NCBI RefSeq assembly: GCF_020745735.1
Contig: NC_083404.1
Location: 97,897,731-97,961,730 of the forward strand
DNA: 64,000 nt
Source: Hemiscyllium ocellatum
Lineage: Eukaryota
Direction: 5' to 3'
Part shown: in pieces, positions 50,806-64,000 of the stretch
How positions within the stretch are numbered: position 1 is the first letter of the stretch
How the letters are laid out: the number at the start of each line of letters is the position of its first letter
The notes under the pieces: generated by a model
The model's database searches: none
The model's input: the letters and a program-made list of their open reading frames with translations, nothing else
What the model was told of the DNA's origin: nothing
Program-made: the position numbers and the translations under genes

Positions 50806-51213
50806 TCATGAACTCAAGGTCCTGGTTGAGGCAATCCCTATGGGTACTTAGCTGTCAGCCTCTGCTCAGCCACGTTTTGCTGCTGCCTGTCCCAAAGTCC
50901 ACCTTGGAAGATGGTCACCTGAAGGTCCGAGGTCCGAGGTCCGAGGTCAACTGGGACCTTGGGTTCATGTCACACTGCAGGTGATCCCATTACACTATAC
51001 AGACACTCCTCCAGACACACATACACACACACACATGCATGTACACACATATACACAAAGGCACTCCTACACACACACACACACACACGCACACATGCAT
51101 TCCCACAGTTGCATATGCACCCTCACACAGACCTAGACCCCTTTACACTCAAACATACATATACACTCTCTCTCACAGGCACTCACAAACACCCCCCCCA
51201 CCCAACATCCCCC

Positions 51214-51244
<31 letters not shown>

Positions 51245-51774
51245 ATACACACAAACCCACGTGCACACAGATGCATATATGTTTGTGGGGTGAATTTGTA
51301 CTTGCAGAGTTACATTGTACTTTGCTCCAAAACTGCATGAATCCATGTAAGATTCTGTTAATTCATTTTTTAGGTTAGAGTCTAAACATTATGGCACAGA
51401 CAGCAGCACATAGGGGGCTAACACCTTCAACACATTATCTGGGCTGACACCAATTGTTAAGGTTCTCCTGAGAATGTAATTTTAAAAGGAAGTTTTGTGA
51501 TTTACATATGAAAGAAGTGAAACTAACATGGTCATTCTAACAGATGAGACTTAACAAACAATCAATGTATTTTTCAATGTAGAATTTCAGTTACATCACA
51601 CTGTAAACTTTTGCTATAAATTCTGTGTCTTACAATTGTGTACTCTATAACCGCCTGATGAAGGAGCAGCGCTCCGAAAGCTAGTGTTTCCAAATAAACC
51701 TAGTGGACAATAACCTGGTGTTGTATGATTTTTAACTTTGTATACCCCACTCCAACACTGGCATCTCCAAATCA
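50806..51774 (+). mobile_element. PLE 3' end with inverted 5' segment (50806-~50930)
   Basis: Minus GIY-YIG piece, (GGTCCGA)3 junction, then plus-strand stop region, CA/C-rich UTR and full terminus ending ggcatctccaaatc. Confidence 0.9.
51649..51689 (+). ncRNA. Minimal hammerhead ribozyme motif
   Basis: AACCGC-CUGAUGA-A-GGAGC-AGC-GCUCC-GAAA-GCUA-GUGUUU. Confidence 0.8.
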
Positions 51775-51975
51775 ATCCAAAGTAGTGCAGGTTAGGTGAA
51801 TTGGCCATGCTAAATTGCCCACAGTCTTCAGGGATATGTAGGTTAGGTGCATTAGTTACGGGTAAATGTGGGGTAATAGGGTAGCGGGAATAGGTCTGGG
51901 TGTGTTACTGTTTGGAGGGTTGGTGTGGACACATTGGGCTGAAGGGCTTGTTTCCACACTGTAGAGATTCTGTGA
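51775..51975 (+). mobile_element. 3' half of an HE1-type SINE
   Basis: tccaaagtagtgcaggttaggtgaattggccatgctaaattgccc...gggctgaagggcttgtttccacactgta. Confidence 0.85.
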
Positions 51976-52649
51976 GGTCTAAATTTACTCCAGTTTGAGG
52001 ATAACATGAGGACATAGCTGTAAAACAACAACAGAAAGTGGGTTCTAAGTTCCACTTTTTTTAAAACCATGATTGCACATTAGGGAGGGCTAGAAGAGGA
52101 GGAACATGGCAAGAAAGTAAACTAAACTGTTGCTAGCTAGTATTTTTCCAACTGTCTTAAAGAAGAACTTCAGCCTTCTCCGGCCACAGTAATTTATTAA
52201 CATCTTGCTGGTCCTGTTTACAACACCAAGTAAGAAGCACCCACTATGGCTGTGACCTCTCTCACCCCTTTTCTTTACAGGGAGCTGTAAAGTTTCCAAG
52301 ACTGTAAAGTTCACTTAGACAGCCATCACTTCTCCACAATTTCCACATCTCCCACACCTCCCACACCCCACCTCAGACTTTGTAAGGGGAGATTCCCAGC
52401 AACAGCCAAGCCCACTGACGATGATACTGAAGCCTAGGGAGAGACTCTAAGCTGTGGAGGAAGCTGAAACATCTAGAAATGGCCAAAAAGATGCACCCCC
52501 TTGTATGACCCTGAACAATGGGTTCCCAGGCCTGTCATGCCCTGTGTGGCCCTTGCTCTGTTGAATGAATGCTCAGGTGATTCTGAGCCCTGCTGTGGTA
52601 CCTGTTATATCAGCACAGGATCCTGAACCTGTTGTACCCCCACGATTGA

Positions 52650-52950
52650 TTCAGACAGCACAAAGTATTTGGGGTACTATAGACCAAACTATACCACTCA
52701 GTTGCTGAATACCCACATTCTGAATTGGGTCTTTGTCACTATTTTCTAATTTGGTAAAGATAGAAGCAAAGTACTCATGTAACACCTCTACCTTTGTTTC
52801 AGTGAGCAGCTGATCCTGCTTGATTCTTATGGACTCCACTCTATCCTCCACTAACCTTTTACTATTAATATGTTTGAAGAACATTTTACTATTTGTTTTC
52901 ACACAGTCTGCCATCCTTTCCTCATTCTTCCCTAGCCATTCTCTGCAGAT
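52650..52950 (-). mobile_element. CR1 ORF2 linker fragment
   Basis: VKTNSKMFFKHINSKR...VLHEYFASIFT. Confidence 0.8.
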
Positions 52951-54639
52951 TAAATAAATAGTCATATTGCGAGAATAAAACTCAATGATGCTGAAATATT
53001 TCTGCTTAAATGACAGGAACCTTACAGTTCCTTTTATTCAACTCCTCATGAACCAGCAATGAATGAATAATCCAAATCTACTAATTCAATGGTGACGCAT
53101 ATCATTTAATAGGCTATTGGAAAATGTGGCATGCTGCGGTTTGTGTGGCATGCATCTGCAACATTTCATCAAGTAACAATCTGGATAATATCAAAAGTAT
53201 TAAAGCAAACTACTTTGTGTCATTGAATTTTGTGAAAAGACTTAAGTCAACAATCAGTCTGAAGATTGCTTAGATCAGGAGTTTGCTTATGTAAGATTTA
53301 AATACTTGTGAAACTCACTGTATTTCTACCTTAACAGTTTGTGGTTTTTATCAACAAATATTGGGACCTCATGAATAACATGCCAGACCCCAGATTAAAA
53401 TTTGCAAAAAATGAAATAAATTATCCTGTTCAGATGAAATATGCATTCTGCAATCAAATAATACTGCACAGAAATTCAGAATTCATGAATAGATATATTT
53501 AATTTTATACCTTTAAACATTTATCATTTTTAAAAAGATTAGTTTTTTAAGTATATTGTTTCAATGTAAAATTGGCAAAGTGACAACTTTCAATGTGTTG
53601 AATATTAAACAGGAATCGTTCCAGAAAATGTTATGTTTCTATTAAACAACAGACAATTATATTAATTATATATGCAAGTGTCATGTCTGGAATCAATGTA
53701 ATGGATGCAATTTGGCATACTGGAATTGTATCCTTGGGATTGAATTAAAATAATATCTGGTGAGTTCAATTGCTTAAAATGTGGTTTTCTTCATTGTGTT
53801 GCAGAGAATCTGGCATTGTTCATTTTTTGATTAAAAACAGAGTGACATTCAGTTTAAAGAAATGGCTTTGAGGTTCAGCTGCCTTAAATATTATTCCATG
53901 AATTTCAAATGTTGACCACATAACAACCACAATTTTACTGCCAAAATAACAATATGTTTAATGGGACTTAGCATTATTAACATGTAAATTGTCCAACAAC
54001 TCATGGTGAAGAAACAAAGCAATGTAAATTGCAAATCACCACAAGTTGCTGTATGATTTAAGCCACATTGCCATTAGTCTTACAAAAACAACAGCTTCCC
54101 CTCAACTCTCCTCTGAGTTTCATGAATATGTTACATTTCTGTAAGAATTGCTCATTAAACATATTGTAGAAAGTTAGGGCTTGTACTTGACAGTGCAAGT
54201 ACTATTTAATGAGAAACATTTGTATTTTGATCTCTCAGTTCAAAATTTCTTTACTTTTCTTTGAGTTCCCTATTCGACATTGAATTCCCATTTCTTAATT
54301 CATTCTCCTTCATAATCCTTTCTGTGTTATTCCCACATTCTTACTTCTCATTATTCAAGGAAACACCTTGTTAGTTACCCTGCTGAATCAGGCCCTAGTT
54401 GCCTCTTGCTATGATTATCACCTCGTACATTCAGAAACTTTACTGGGATGAATGTTTTAAGCTGAAATATGCCCAGGTCACACCAATCACAGGCATTGGT
54501 TGATACCCTGGTGCAGCAAATTATTTCAAATATTCTCTTGTTACCATTGCAAGTAATAGTGAAAGTGACAAATTTATAAACTTATTCATGAAGAACATGA
54601 GTATTTATGAAAAGAAAATGATTTGTTGAATTGTTTTTT

Positions 54640-55240
54640 GTTGTCCACTCATCTGGACAACTCGCAAAAACTACTAATGTAAAGGGAAAAAGCATTATGC
54701 TGTATGATAGAGAGTGCTGATTGGTTGTCAAGTGGATTAGCAGAGCCAAGAAAGCACCAGTTAATGATGGCTGACAGTTAACTGGTAAACTTTCTTTAAA
54801 TTTTAAACCAGGCAGGTTGACTCTGAATGAATCAGTGAATGGCTGTCATCTATTTTATTGAGTTGAAACAGGCAAATGTGTGTACATACTCTTCCTCTTT
54901 GCAAAGGACAAGGTCCTGTGTATTTGTATGTATAACTTCCAACTTAAGCAATTGCAAATCGTGAGCCTGATAGACAATCCTAAATTGGTTGTCAGTGCAA
55001 TATTTTGCACACTCAGGATTACTTAATAAATACTGTCCAATTGCAGAATCACTTCTGATATTGGGCATTGTGTTGTTAATGTTACAAGCATGTGCTGGTT
55101 GTGTATTGTTGGTAGTGAATAGCTGTAGAGATATCCTGTTTATATGATCCACCAGTCTTTGGAGTGTATGTCCTACATACTGCATCCCACTAATACTGAA
55201 GATCATATGTGACATTACTCATTTGTATGATAGACACCAG
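54640..55240 (-). mobile_element. Older PLE family: GIY-YIG C-terminus and terminus
   Basis: YVGHTLQRLVDHI...SAIGQYLLSNPECA...LKLEVIH...LCK. Confidence 0.8.
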
Positions 55241-56354
55241 CGACATGAGTGTTATCTGCCACTAACAGGATTCTTCTGCTAAATCAAAATGTCAAATGAG
55301 AGCATATTTTAAACTGTTATTTTGAAAATCCTTAAGAAAAATTGTAGCGCAACCTGTGTCCAAACATTTTATCACAGCAACAAATATCAAAACATGAAAG
55401 GGTTGTTGCTGCTTTCCAACAGTTTTCTACTGATATGCTCAAATCTTATTTTTAGTTGAAATTATGGAAAGGTGAAAATATATCTTTTAAATTGCTCATT
55501 GAATTTAGCAGACTGCAACAAATTGGAAGAGCACAAAAGTGAGAGTTTCGATGATCTAAAGTCATATTTTCATATATTATGATCTGAACTTTAAAAAATT
55601 TGATAAACCATTGCATAAACTGATACAAACTCAAAGTTCTAACATTCAAAAATAACCAACAATTCAATAGAAATCCTGGCTGACACTGGTTTATGGTGAC
55701 TGACCAAGTTACATACAGTTGCTATTGCATGAAATTCCACGATATTAGACATATGTTAGCAGAAACTTTGGAAGCAGAAACTATTGGGCTGCTTTCAAAT
55801 ACCTCTGTTGCCACAAATTGCTCCATTCTTCTGTGAAAAGTAAAAATACATTGCCCTTGTCTGTGATATGTGTAAACAAATATCTGCAATGGACTAAGGT
55901 TTATTGCAACTTAAGCTGCTGGTATATCCAACATTCATCACTTGAATTTGAAGGGATTTGTTAGGTTGAATTGACTAAAAATAGACATGGAAAAGCAATA
56001 AAATACAAGAGACTGAAATATTGTATTGTAAGTAAGAGAGATTGAGAAAAATGGGTTAAGAATTGTTCAAAATGAAGTATATAGATTTAGACAATAATGT
56101 GAAGGTCAGACTAACTATTGTGTAACTATTGCCAAGACAAAGGACCACATAAAGGCCTCAATGTTTGCTTTTGAATCAGGAACACAAGGTTGGAAAAGTG
56201 CCCTGCTCCACAGGGCTAGCATGGGAGAAAGTGTCCTGACCAATCAGCGACAACTAGAGTTGGACGTGGCAGCCCTGGAAATGGCAGTCACCTGTGTTGC
56301 CAGGTGCACAGGTGTCCGTGTGAAAGGCTGGGCTTGGTGATTCCCTCGAGGGGA

Positions 56355-56510
56355 GAAAAAACAAAGAACTGTAGATGGTGGAAATCAGAAACAAAAGTAG
56401 AAATTGCTGGAAAACTCATCAGTTCTGGTACTATCTGTTGAGACAAAGCAGAATTAACTGAAGAAGGATTAGTGGACCCGAAATGCTAACTGTGCCCTAT
56501 CTCCAAAGCT
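56355..56510. mobile_element. Old foldback PLE-terminus fragment
   Basis: Minus-strand arm followed by ctgaagaaggattagtggacccgaaatgctaac. Confidence 0.65.
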
Positions 56511-56974
56511 TATGTTGGTGATTCTGTATCTCATCCTAACTATTGAAACAAATAGTAAAACCAAAAACAACACTCCAGTCCTCGCCTATCACCACTCCCC
56601 TCACATACGCCAATGTATCCCACCTCATGTCCCTCACGTATCCCAATGGATCCTCACATCTTCCATGCCAATCTGAACACTTGTATGTACACCCACTCTG
56701 CTAAGTGTCAAGTCATGTCAACTCATTTCCTCTGTAACACCTTTTGTCCTTGTACCCTCTGTGCTATATCACCCAACCTCAACCATGAACCTTAGGATCC
56801 ATGCTGAGATAAAATTAGATAAAGTTCTATGTATCTTTAATTGACTCACTATTTTAAAACAAACATTCTGATAACAAAAATCTATTCATTACACTCACCT
56901 TCAACCATTTAATCCCTTGACAGGAATTTTTTTTATTCAAAACCCTACTTCAAACACATTATAAGCACTCGGAT

Positions 56975-57070
56975 CTATGAGTAAGAGCTCATGCCTGAAA
57001 TGTCGATTCTCCTGCTCGTTGGATGCTGCCTGATCTGCTGCGCTTTTCCAGCAACACATTTTTAGTATTT
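56975..57070 (+). mobile_element. PLE terminal fragment
   Basis: atgcctgaaatgtcgattctcctgctcgttggatgctgcctg matches 8332-8384. Confidence 0.8.
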
Positions 57071-57554
57071 AACTTTCTTGACAGTCTTACAGTTCCTTTA
57101 ACTGTATGACAGTTACAATTAGCTTGAGAGTTACAATGAGTTCTTCTGCTTTTTTTGTTTAATGTTTTATTCATGTTCAGTTTTAACATTCTGAGTGAGC
57201 ACGCAATGTATTCAAAGGAGAACCTGACCTCTTGTATAGGGAACCATACCTCGCCCAAAGAGGGAACCATACTTTTAAGACCTGTCAAAAGAGGTCTGAA
57301 ATGTCTCAAGCTCACAAATCATGTCTTGGTGATTCCATGGTGAAAATTAGATCTGCCTGAAGGGACATGCACTTCAACAGGTGCATTTGCCTCCGTGAAC
57401 CGGAGATATGAAACATAAACCTTCCCACATTGGTTTAGCTTTGATAATGATGGGTGTCAGCTGACATTATTTTGGGTAAGGTGAAGACCCTCTCCACCTT
57501 TACAAAAATGAGCTCCACCGGAGATATTTTGGGTTGAGAATTGTTATATTGTAC

Positions 57555-58110
57555 TCACCCAGGAAAGGAAACATCCGTTTCACATCTACCTTGTCAGGAT
57601 CATTCAGGATCACAGAATCACAGAAGTGCAATTAATCTATAATGCAGCCACATCCTTCCTAAGTAAGGAGACCAAACCTGTGTGCCGGGCTTGAGATGTG
57701 GTTCCATCAATAACGGAAGCATGCCATCCTTACTTTTATGTTCAATTCCTTTCACCGTAAAGGATAGTTCTGAAGAAGGGTAACTGGGCTTGAAAAGTTA
57801 ATGCTGCTTTCCCTCCACAGATGCTGCTGGACCTGCTGAGTTTCTCCAGCAATTTCTGTTTTTGTTTCATACTTTCCTACTTAGCTTTGTGTCATTTGGA
57901 AGTTTAGCCACCATGCTTTCACTTCTGTCATCTAAGTTATTGAGGTAAATTGTAAAAATTGGAGTCCTAGCCCTGACTGGATCCTGCAGACTTCCATACA
58001 TCGCATCCTGCGAATTAGACAAAGACCCAGTTATGCCTACTGAGTTTTACCTACTCAGTCAATCTTTTATTCATGCTAAATAATACCGCAATACCATAAA
58101 CATTTTTATC
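57555..58110 (-). mobile_element. Decayed CR1 with a PLE terminus inserted at ~57765-57870
   Basis: ggagaccaaacctgtg, tcatttggaagtttagcc (reverse of the KF.DD region); insert ctgaagaagggtaactgggcttgaaaagtt. Confidence 0.65.
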
Positions 58111-58329
58111 TGATTTGCGATTGAACAATTGAGGCCGTAATGCCAGCTGCAGAAGGGGAGGGTGGTCAGGATTTAGCTATCCTGAGAAGGCTTTGGGAAC
58201 AAGGGCACGAACACAGAACTGCATTCTTAAGACAAAAGCAATGAGAGGTGATGCCAGAGAGTCCCGAGGCTGTGTTAGGAAGTGAACTCTGCCATTCATA
58301 GAATATTGCAGTAAAGCCTGAAACCATGT

Positions 58330-59130
58330 CACCAAGTCACTCTATGCCAGTGGTTTTCAAGGTAACTGCATTTCTCAATTGTTTCATTGCTGAGGTGATT
58401 GCCAGGGCTCCGATGGTGATAAATGTGGCATTTCACAAGCTGGAACATATAGGTATATAAATAAGTTTACCCACCCTCTTGTATTGTGTGAATGAATTCA
58501 TCAATTACTCCACAGATAAGACAGTCAGGCAGTGAATACAAATGCAAGTACCTCACTCTTGGGTGAATCTGATGTATGTTTGGTTGCTCCTGGTATTTCA
58601 TGGGTTTCTGCCCATTGCACTTGCATGTTTCAGAATCGTTGCTTATTTCTTTAGACAGCAAGAGTTCATCAGCTGTTCTCATGTGGCCATTACAATTCCC
58701 TGGGACCAGCCAATGGCAATTCTGAATGAAAAGGCTTTCACTTCTTGAATGTATAACAGGTCTGCGACTGTGGGCATAGAATTGAACACACCTGTGCTTA
58801 TTTCTCAGGGAGCTGTCATGATTTTTACAGTTTGCACAATTCTAAGGTGACAGCTTTTTCAAGACCATGTCCTAAGTTGACTTCCAGGTCTTCAGTGATA
58901 CTGATTATCTCTTCTGGACCAGGTTGGTAACACTTGTGAGATACTCCCAGCGTACAGCAGAAAGCTGCTCACAACTCCATCAGAGTCAGCATTGAATCGA
59001 CCCTTGGCTTGTTGAAAATGTGCATCTACTGCCTTGATTTATGTAGAGGGCCTCTGTTGAAAACCCAGCATGAAATATAATGAAAAGGTGTGGCTTGCTG
59101 CTTTGATGCACAATGTGATCATGTAACCCT
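58330..59130 (+). mobile_element. PIF/Harbinger (HARBI1-like) transposase relic
   Basis: MPVVFKVTAFLNCF..QGSDGDKCGISQ; QVCD..HRI; FSGSCHDFYSL; IRVSIESTLGLLKMCIYCLD; ACC..HN. Confidence 0.75.
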
Positions 59131-60004
59131 GTTACAATAGAACGAATGGGAGAAGCAACACTACTCTTCCAATAAGGATGAATTAAATGTGCCTGAGGAG
59201 AAGGCCATGAATGTGCAAGAGTATTTGCTGGTGATGCCAGGACTATGGGCAGAAGTGCACGGAATATCATGGGCCACCAAATGTACATCAGATTTACCCG
59301 AGTGAGTTACCTACATATCCATGGTCCCAACACTGGAACTCCCTAGACTAATCTCTGCCAGTAATCTGGCAGAGTTCCTTTGAACTGTTTCTCTGACACT
59401 TAAATGAGGAAGGGATGCAAATCTTTGTCATACTCATTTACTACTAGTCCTGGGGACATCTTAATATCACACTTGGGATATATGTCAATTCTGACTGAGA
59501 AATCAGGCCCTGAACCATCCTCAGCAGGTTCTCACACAAAATTTTAATTTTCTTTGCTGAGAGTGATCTCAAACAATTTTTTTTTTACAGTGCACTGAAG
59601 GGAGGACCAACTGGAAATTTAGTAACTACCATTGTCAAGTACAACACCAGACACCAATGTGGACATTCAATAAAGAGTGAACACCAACTTGCACACCATT
59701 TCTTCCACAATAACTTAAATGATCCTCATTTCCTATAACCAATAATATGTGCCAACCATGAGGTTTGCCAATACGTTCACCTCTCTGACTAAGTTCATTT
59801 CAACAAATGACAATGGTAGTAATATTCATATGAATACAGTGAAACAAATGCAATGTACAATTTTTAGAAGGAATGTAAATTTACAATATTTACACTTCAA
59901 AAAAAAATTTACAACACTTTTGTGCTCAGTTAACTTTATGTTAATGGCAAAAGGAGTTGAAAACAAAGTTGTGACTACGAAAGATTACAAGTATTGGACT
60001 TCTG

Positions 60005-60296
60005 TTCTTCATTCACAGGACACTGGTATCCCTGGCCGGACCAGCATTTATTGCCTGAGGATTTAACCACATTCCTGTGGGTCTGAAGACCAGATAAGGC
60101 TGGCAATTCCTTTCACTAAAGGACATTAATGAAACAGAAGGATGTTTCTCAACAATGATCTCATGGTCATCATGAGACTCCAGATTTTCATTGAATTCAT
60201 TAAAACTTCAACAGCAGAAAGTGAATACAAGTCCCCATCACATTATATGGGTCACAGGATTAATAGTCCAGAGGCAATACTAGGAAGCCATTACCC
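60005..60296 (-). mobile_element. SINE made of the LINE-A head plus the LINE-A 3' tail
   Basis: Reverse complement: ctggactattaatcc...ggggac...aatgtcctttag...cagacccacaggaatgtggtt joined to ggcaataaatgctgg...tgaatgaa. Confidence 0.75.
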
Positions 60297-61664
60297 ATTT
60301 ATAGCTCTGGCTTTGGATTGAGGTGCCACAGATAAGTGCCAACTGTTGCATTGTTATCTTGATATCACCCCGTCCTCTCCTAGATTGAGCTGTGTGGGTT
60401 TGAAAGTGAATGCAAGCAGGTCTCATAGCTCTTGGATCATCATTTCAATATCCAATGAAACTAAAGAGCTGCTGCTCTCAGCCCTGCATCTTAGAGATTG
60501 TTTTGCTGCTTGATAGATGGTTGTTGATTTCTTGTTAGAAATTATGTCACATATCTTGCACTTTATTTAAACGTAAGCTGCACTACCAGCGTTCACCACA
60601 ACTTGAGGATAACCAATGAAGCTCTACATTGCTAGGGATTGGGGTTGGGGGTTACTGGCAACAATATTGTGAAGGCAAAGGGGTATTGCATTGTTGTGAT
60701 AGTGGGATTGGTGGGCAATTCTGAGAGTAGGCTAGGGTGCAGACTTCTGAGTGCAGGAAGAGAATACACACATGCCAATTTTATACAGCAATTTGATATC
60801 CAATGAGAATTTGGAATAATCAAAATCACTCAACCCCCATCTTGGACAAACAATTATAAAAATGTAATTTCAGTCTAATTATGATGGACAACATAGCCAC
60901 TGTCAAAACCAAAGAATAGACATTGTGATTGACGTACAATTTACTTCCACTGGGGTATCTTTGCTGTACCAATGCTCATGTTATCACTCACAAGTTTGAA
61001 TCATTGAGCTTTATAAACAATGGATTATGCGATTCTAAATAGGCTTCATTCTTTTAACTTGGAAAACAAAAGACATTTCAAGCTTTTCTCAACTGTAAAT
61101 ATTGTGCTGCACAACATGTTCCTTGTAGTGCAGCACCAATTATCTGAGTTCAGAAAATAGATGAAAAAAACATGAGCACATGACAGTGATTTCCTAAGGG
61201 TATGATATCTTAAAACTCGTCTTAATTTACCTATTTCTTTGTTGAAGCATTGATCTATTTGCTTCTCTTTATTAGTTACAAATGATTGAAGATATTGGGT
61301 CAGGAAAGAAGGATTCTATGATTCCACTGTTGGCACTTTGGTAGAGATGAGAATTGCAGGTGGTTAATAGTTAAATAGCAAAGGAATGTTTAAACTAGGA
61401 AATACAGACAACTGGGAAAATATAAGTACTGAAGTTAAGTTAAAGGTGAATGATAAATGAATGAAAATATAAATCGTGCATGGAGTAAAAGGTAAACCAC
61501 ACTTTAATAATAACCAATGAACATGAGCATAAGAAGTTATGTCATGTTGACATCAAATCATACAGAACTGAATCATGAGTGTGTACACTCAAAGTCTTCT
61601 CTTAATATCCCTTATTCGTGTTTATATTCAATGAAACTTGTTTATGTTCACTCAACTGCTTTTA

Positions 61665-62385
61665 ATTCATTCATGGAATATGAGCATTGTTGGCTGGCCA
61701 GCATTTATTGTCCATCCCGAGTTGCCCTTGAGAAGTTGGTGATGTATTGCCTTCTTAAATCTCTGCAGTCCATTTGGTGTAGGTGACGCACAATGCCATT
61801 CATTCGGGAATTTCAGGATTTTGATCCAGCAACAGTGAAGGAATGGCGATATCTTTACAAGTCTGCATGGTGATTGGCTTGGAGGGGAACTTGCAGCTGA
61901 TAGTGTTTCCATGTATCTGCTGCCCTTGTCCTTCTAGGTGGATGTGTAGATTTGGAATGTGCTGTCGAGGGATCATTACAGAAATTCTGCAGTGCATTTG
62001 TAGGTAGTACACTTTGTTACTATGTAGTGTCAATGAAATGGGGAGTAGATTCTTGTGGGTGTGGTGCCAATCAAGTGGGCTACTTTGTCCTGGGTGGTGT
62101 CAAGCTTCTTGATGTTGGAGCTGCACTTACCCAGTCAAATGGGGAGCATACCAACACACTCTGACTCGTGTGGTGGACAGGCTTTTTGGGGAGCCAGGTG
62201 GTGAGTTATTCATTGCAGTATTTCCAGCTTCTGACCTGCTCTTATCATCACTGTATTAATACAGTTGAGCTTCTGGTCAATGGTAACCCCAGGTTATTGA
62301 TACTGGAGTATTCAGTGATGGGTTGGTTGGATTGTCTCTTCTTGGAGATGGCTGTTACTTGGCATTTGTGTGGCATGAATGTTAT
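61665..62385 (-). mobile_element. LINE-A 3' fragment
   Basis: Tail cattcatggaatatgagcattgttggctggccagcatttattg; ORF end GLQRFKKAIHHQLLKG. Confidence 0.85.
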
Positions 62386-63214
62386 TGAAAAATTGCCATG
62401 AATTGCTAACTTCTCTTTTCTTCCTTCTAACCAAATTTAATCCTGTTTTCTATCAATCCCTCTAATTCCATAACACTTAATCTTTAAAAATCTGTTTTAT
62501 TGAACAGTTTCAAAGACTTTCCCAAAGCACACAGAAACCGCATACTTTACATAACCACTGTTCATGATGATTGTTCACTACACAAAAACAACAAACGAGG
62601 TTAGTCAAACTTATCTATACTATGTATAGACTTCATCTTACTATATTTAGAAAGACAAATGGAATACACAAATAAAATACACATGTCACAAGTGCAAAAA
62701 GACTAAAATAAGGTAGGGTGCAGCTTAGACAAGTGAGTTACTGGAAAAGGTGCTATGTCAGAAAGTTTTAAAAATACAAATTTTGCAATGTGAAGAATTT
62801 TGTAATTAACCTGAGTTAGCTGAAAACAATTATTTTACAGGAAGATCTAGAATTCATTGTATAAGCAGACATCTCATTACAAACAGGCTAAAGCAGCAAA
62901 ATAAGTACATTGGGGTGCAGCTTATGGATAAGTGGTAGAACAAATAATAAAAGAGGTGGAGTGGCTATATTAATAAAATAAAGAATAAATGAAGAATATA
63001 TACTGCAGAAATGCAAGAATGTTGTCGATTCACCATTTGAAGCTCCATTAAATGTGAATGTGTTCTGAAAGATTGTAGAGTGGTCAGTATTGTAACCATT
63101 TTTAACAGGCAGATAAAGCTAGATGGTTGAACATCTGTGTTAGGGAATAGTTTTGAGTATCTGTGGATGACATGTATATATGTATATATAGGTTTAAAAG
63201 AAGTAGATAGTAGC

Positions 63215-63570
63215 AACCATACAGATTCATATGGAAAGATCAGTTTGACAACACTCATTTGATTTTTAAAGTCGCTAACTGCTGTTTTATGGTTTTAGCT
63301 GTCAAAGTAAATGTATGTGGTGCATATGCACTTTGGGAAAGCCTTTGAAACTGTTTCATAAAGGAGATTTGTAAAGATCAAGAGTTATGGAATTAGAGAC
63401 ATTGATAAAGAGCTGGATTAAAATTCGATTAAAAGGAAGACAAGAGAAGGAAGCAGTTCATTGCAATTTATCAACGTGATTAGGAATGGCTAATAGTGAA
63501 TAGCAGATTTCAGTTCTGGATCATTTGTATTCACCGTGTTACCAATGATTTGGATAATGGGTTTCAAGAA
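63215..63570 (+). mobile_element. Very old CR1 RT fragment
   Basis: gcatatgcactttgggaaagcctttgaaactgtt reads YMHFGKAFETV. Confidence 0.6.
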
Positions 63571-63619
63571 TTGATGTTAACATTCAATAAAACCTGTTTA
63601 CATTCACTCACTTTTTAAA

Positions 63620-63865
63620 AAAATTCACTCATGGGACATGTGCATTGCTGGCTGGGCCAGCATTTATTGCCCAAACCTAGTCGCCCTTGAGAAGGTGTTG
63701 ATGAGCAATCTTCTTGAACCGCTGCAGTTTATTTGATCTAGGTAGACTTACAATGTTGATAGTTAGGAAATTCCAGGCTTTTGAGCCACTGACAGTGATG
63801 GAATAGCAATAAATTTCCTAGTCAGGACTGTGATTAGCTTGGAGTGGAACTAGCAACTGGCGTTT
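63620..63865 (-). mobile_element. LINE-A 3' tail
   Basis: Matches 61665-61900. Confidence 0.85.
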
Positions 63866-64000
63866 TTTTTTCACACATATTTGCTGCTCCCAGATTACAA
63901 TATAGAGTTGTTTTTAGTAAATAAAAGGAACCTCTCAAAGAATATTGATAAGATTTGAACTGTACATTCACAAGATATTAGAAACTGTATCGTGTGTCAA

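Noticed and set aside
57181-57292. Possible exon after a pyrimidine tract
   Set aside because: Weak donor and unrecognisable peptide; contains only a short gggaaccatac direct repeat.
58330-59130. Domesticated HARBI1 gene
   Set aside because: Multiple stops, frameshifts and missing segments; a transposase relic.

Overview
Vertebrate genomic DNA, almost certainly from an elasmobranch (shark or ray): it carries several HE1-type V-SINEs and HER1/CR1-type LINEs. The window is mostly nested, decayed transposons: CR1 LINEs, at least three Penelope-like (PLE) families, DeuSINEs, and Harbinger and Gypsy relics. It also has a 24-bp minisatellite and one assembly gap. Nearly all tracked ORFs are transposon fragments, repeat-derived or spurious. 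The best host-gene signal is a symmetric 195-nt candidate exon at 31743-31937 (+), which I cannot assign to a gene. Most notable: (1) a CR1-group LINE with no visible ORF1, whose 5' end is a SINE-like (tRNA-like) head, seen in two independent copies, plus a SINE made of that head joined to the LINE's 3' tail; (2) PLE termini with minimal hammerhead ribozyme motifs, including ~200-bp foldback elements that pivot at the ribozyme and are bounded by 13-bp target-site duplications (TSDs); (3) a ~138-bp inverted duplication of host flank at a CR1 5' junction. Boundaries of old repeats are approximate and family names come from my recall of consensus sequences, not from a search.
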